The notes under the pieces were generated by a model. The model was not told the origin of the DNA, searched no databases, and saw only the letters and a list, made by a program, of their open reading frames with translations. Positions 63,161-64,000 of a stretch of DNA of 64,000 bases are shown here, piece by piece. The translations under genes and the position numbers were made by a program. This stretch comes from Gammaproteobacteria bacterium (GTDB taxonomy: Bacteria > Pseudomonadota > Gammaproteobacteria > S012-40). The DNA is taken from the NCBI GenBank assembly GCA_029884425.1, contig JAOUHV010000005.1, positions 15,791-79,790 on the forward strand. The letters are read 5' to 3'. Within the stretch, counting starts at the first letter, position 1. Each line of letters starts with the position of its first letter.

Positions 63161-64000
63161 TCTGACCGGGAAATTATTAAAATCGACCGCCGTGGTGAGT
63201 GCCATGACCATGGTGTCGCGGGTGTTGGGTTTTTTGCGTGATATCGTGGTGGCGCGGATGTTTGGCGCGGATGCGACCACGGATGCGTTCTTTCTGGCAT
63301 TCAAAATCCCGAATTTTCTCCGCCGTTTGACGGCAGAAGGTGCATTTTCACAGGCATTTGTCCCGGTTTTTACCGAATACAAGGAACAGCGCAGCGAGGC
63401 TGAGCTCAAGGAGTTGCTGGACCGGGTGGCGGGCGCCTTTGGTTTGGTGCTGTTGCTCATTACGCTGATTGGGGTGGTGGCAGCACCGCTGCTGATCATG
63501 GCGTTTGGGCCAGGATTCCTGGAGGACGAGCATAAGTACGGCCTGGCCGTCGACATGCTGCGAATAACCTTTCCCTACATTTTGTTTATTTCGCTGGTGG
63601 CGTTTGCGGGCGCGATTTTGAATAGTTTTGGCAAATTTGCGGTGCCGGCACTTTCACCGGTGTTGCTGAATTTGTGTTTGATCGCTGCCGCCATTTGGCT
63701 GTCGCCGATGATGGATGAGCCTGTCTACGCTTTGGCCTGGGGGGTGTTTGTCGCAGGGGTGGCGCAGTTACTGTTCCAATTGCCGTTTTTGATGAAAATT
63801 GGCTTGTTGCCCCGGCCTCGCTGGGGCGCAGCGCACGAAGGGGTGCGGCGGATTGGTCGTTTGATGTTGCCGGCGATTTTTGGCTCATCGGTGGTGCAAA
63901 TCAACCTGTTGCTGGATACGGTGATTGCCTCGTTTTTGGTGACGGGCAGTATTTCCTGGTTGTACTACTCCGACCGTTTGGTGGAGTTTCCGTTGGGTGT
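63161..64000 (+). CDS. murJ: Lipid II flippase MurJ (MviN), N-terminal part; continues beyond the window. Start codon uncertain (CTG/TTG near 63161 after a GAAGGAG RBS).
   Basis: ...LLKSTAVVSAMTMVSRVLGFLRDIVVARMFGADATTDAFFLAFKIPNFLRRLTAEGAFSQAFVPV... matches the E. coli MurJ N-terminus. Confidence 0.85.

Overview
This is a ~64 kb chromosomal segment from a Gram-negative bacterium, probably a gammaproteobacterium. Gene order matches Pseudomonas/E. coli neighbourhoods: glyQS-gmhB-plsC, fxsA-groESL, cutA-dsbD, aroQ-accBC-prmA-dusB-fis-purH, pilD-coaE-zapD-yacG, ispB / rplU-rpmA-obg-proB / rpsT / murJ. Core content also includes fbp, groESL with a textbook sigma32 promoter plus a perfect CIRCE operator, a cutA-dsbD-tlpA redox module, petABC (bc1 complex) with a cytochrome c, a GGDEF cyclase, an EF-P paralog, gcvR, cmoM and a tRNA-Pro. 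Roughly 32.5-52 kb looks accessory and, by eye, more AT-rich. The standout is a tight six-gene operon (32936-39875). It encodes a Sel1-repeat/SPOR protein, a MotA/PomA-like and MotB-like (OmpA-domain) stator pair, a secreted protein, an OM TPR lipoprotein, and a 720-aa two-TM protein whose cytoplasmic part reads as a complete FliG (N/M/C) and whose periplasmic part ends in a FliF RBM3-like segment. That is a miniature FliF-FliG-fusion rotor candidate with a dedicated stator and no other flagellar genes in the window. It sits directly upstream of a polysaccharide-export cluster: OM beta-barrel, short Wza-like, Wzc-like BY-kinase and an O-antigen-ligase-like protein. Other oddities: a 14-residue tandem-repeat membrane protein, DsbD with a duplicated alpha domain, two secreted proteins with C-terminal TM plus poly-Arg tails, a glycosyltransferase frameshifted in an A7 tract, a frameshifted pilD, and an apparent coaE-zapD in-frame fusion. 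No CRISPR arrays, transposases or integrases were recognised.
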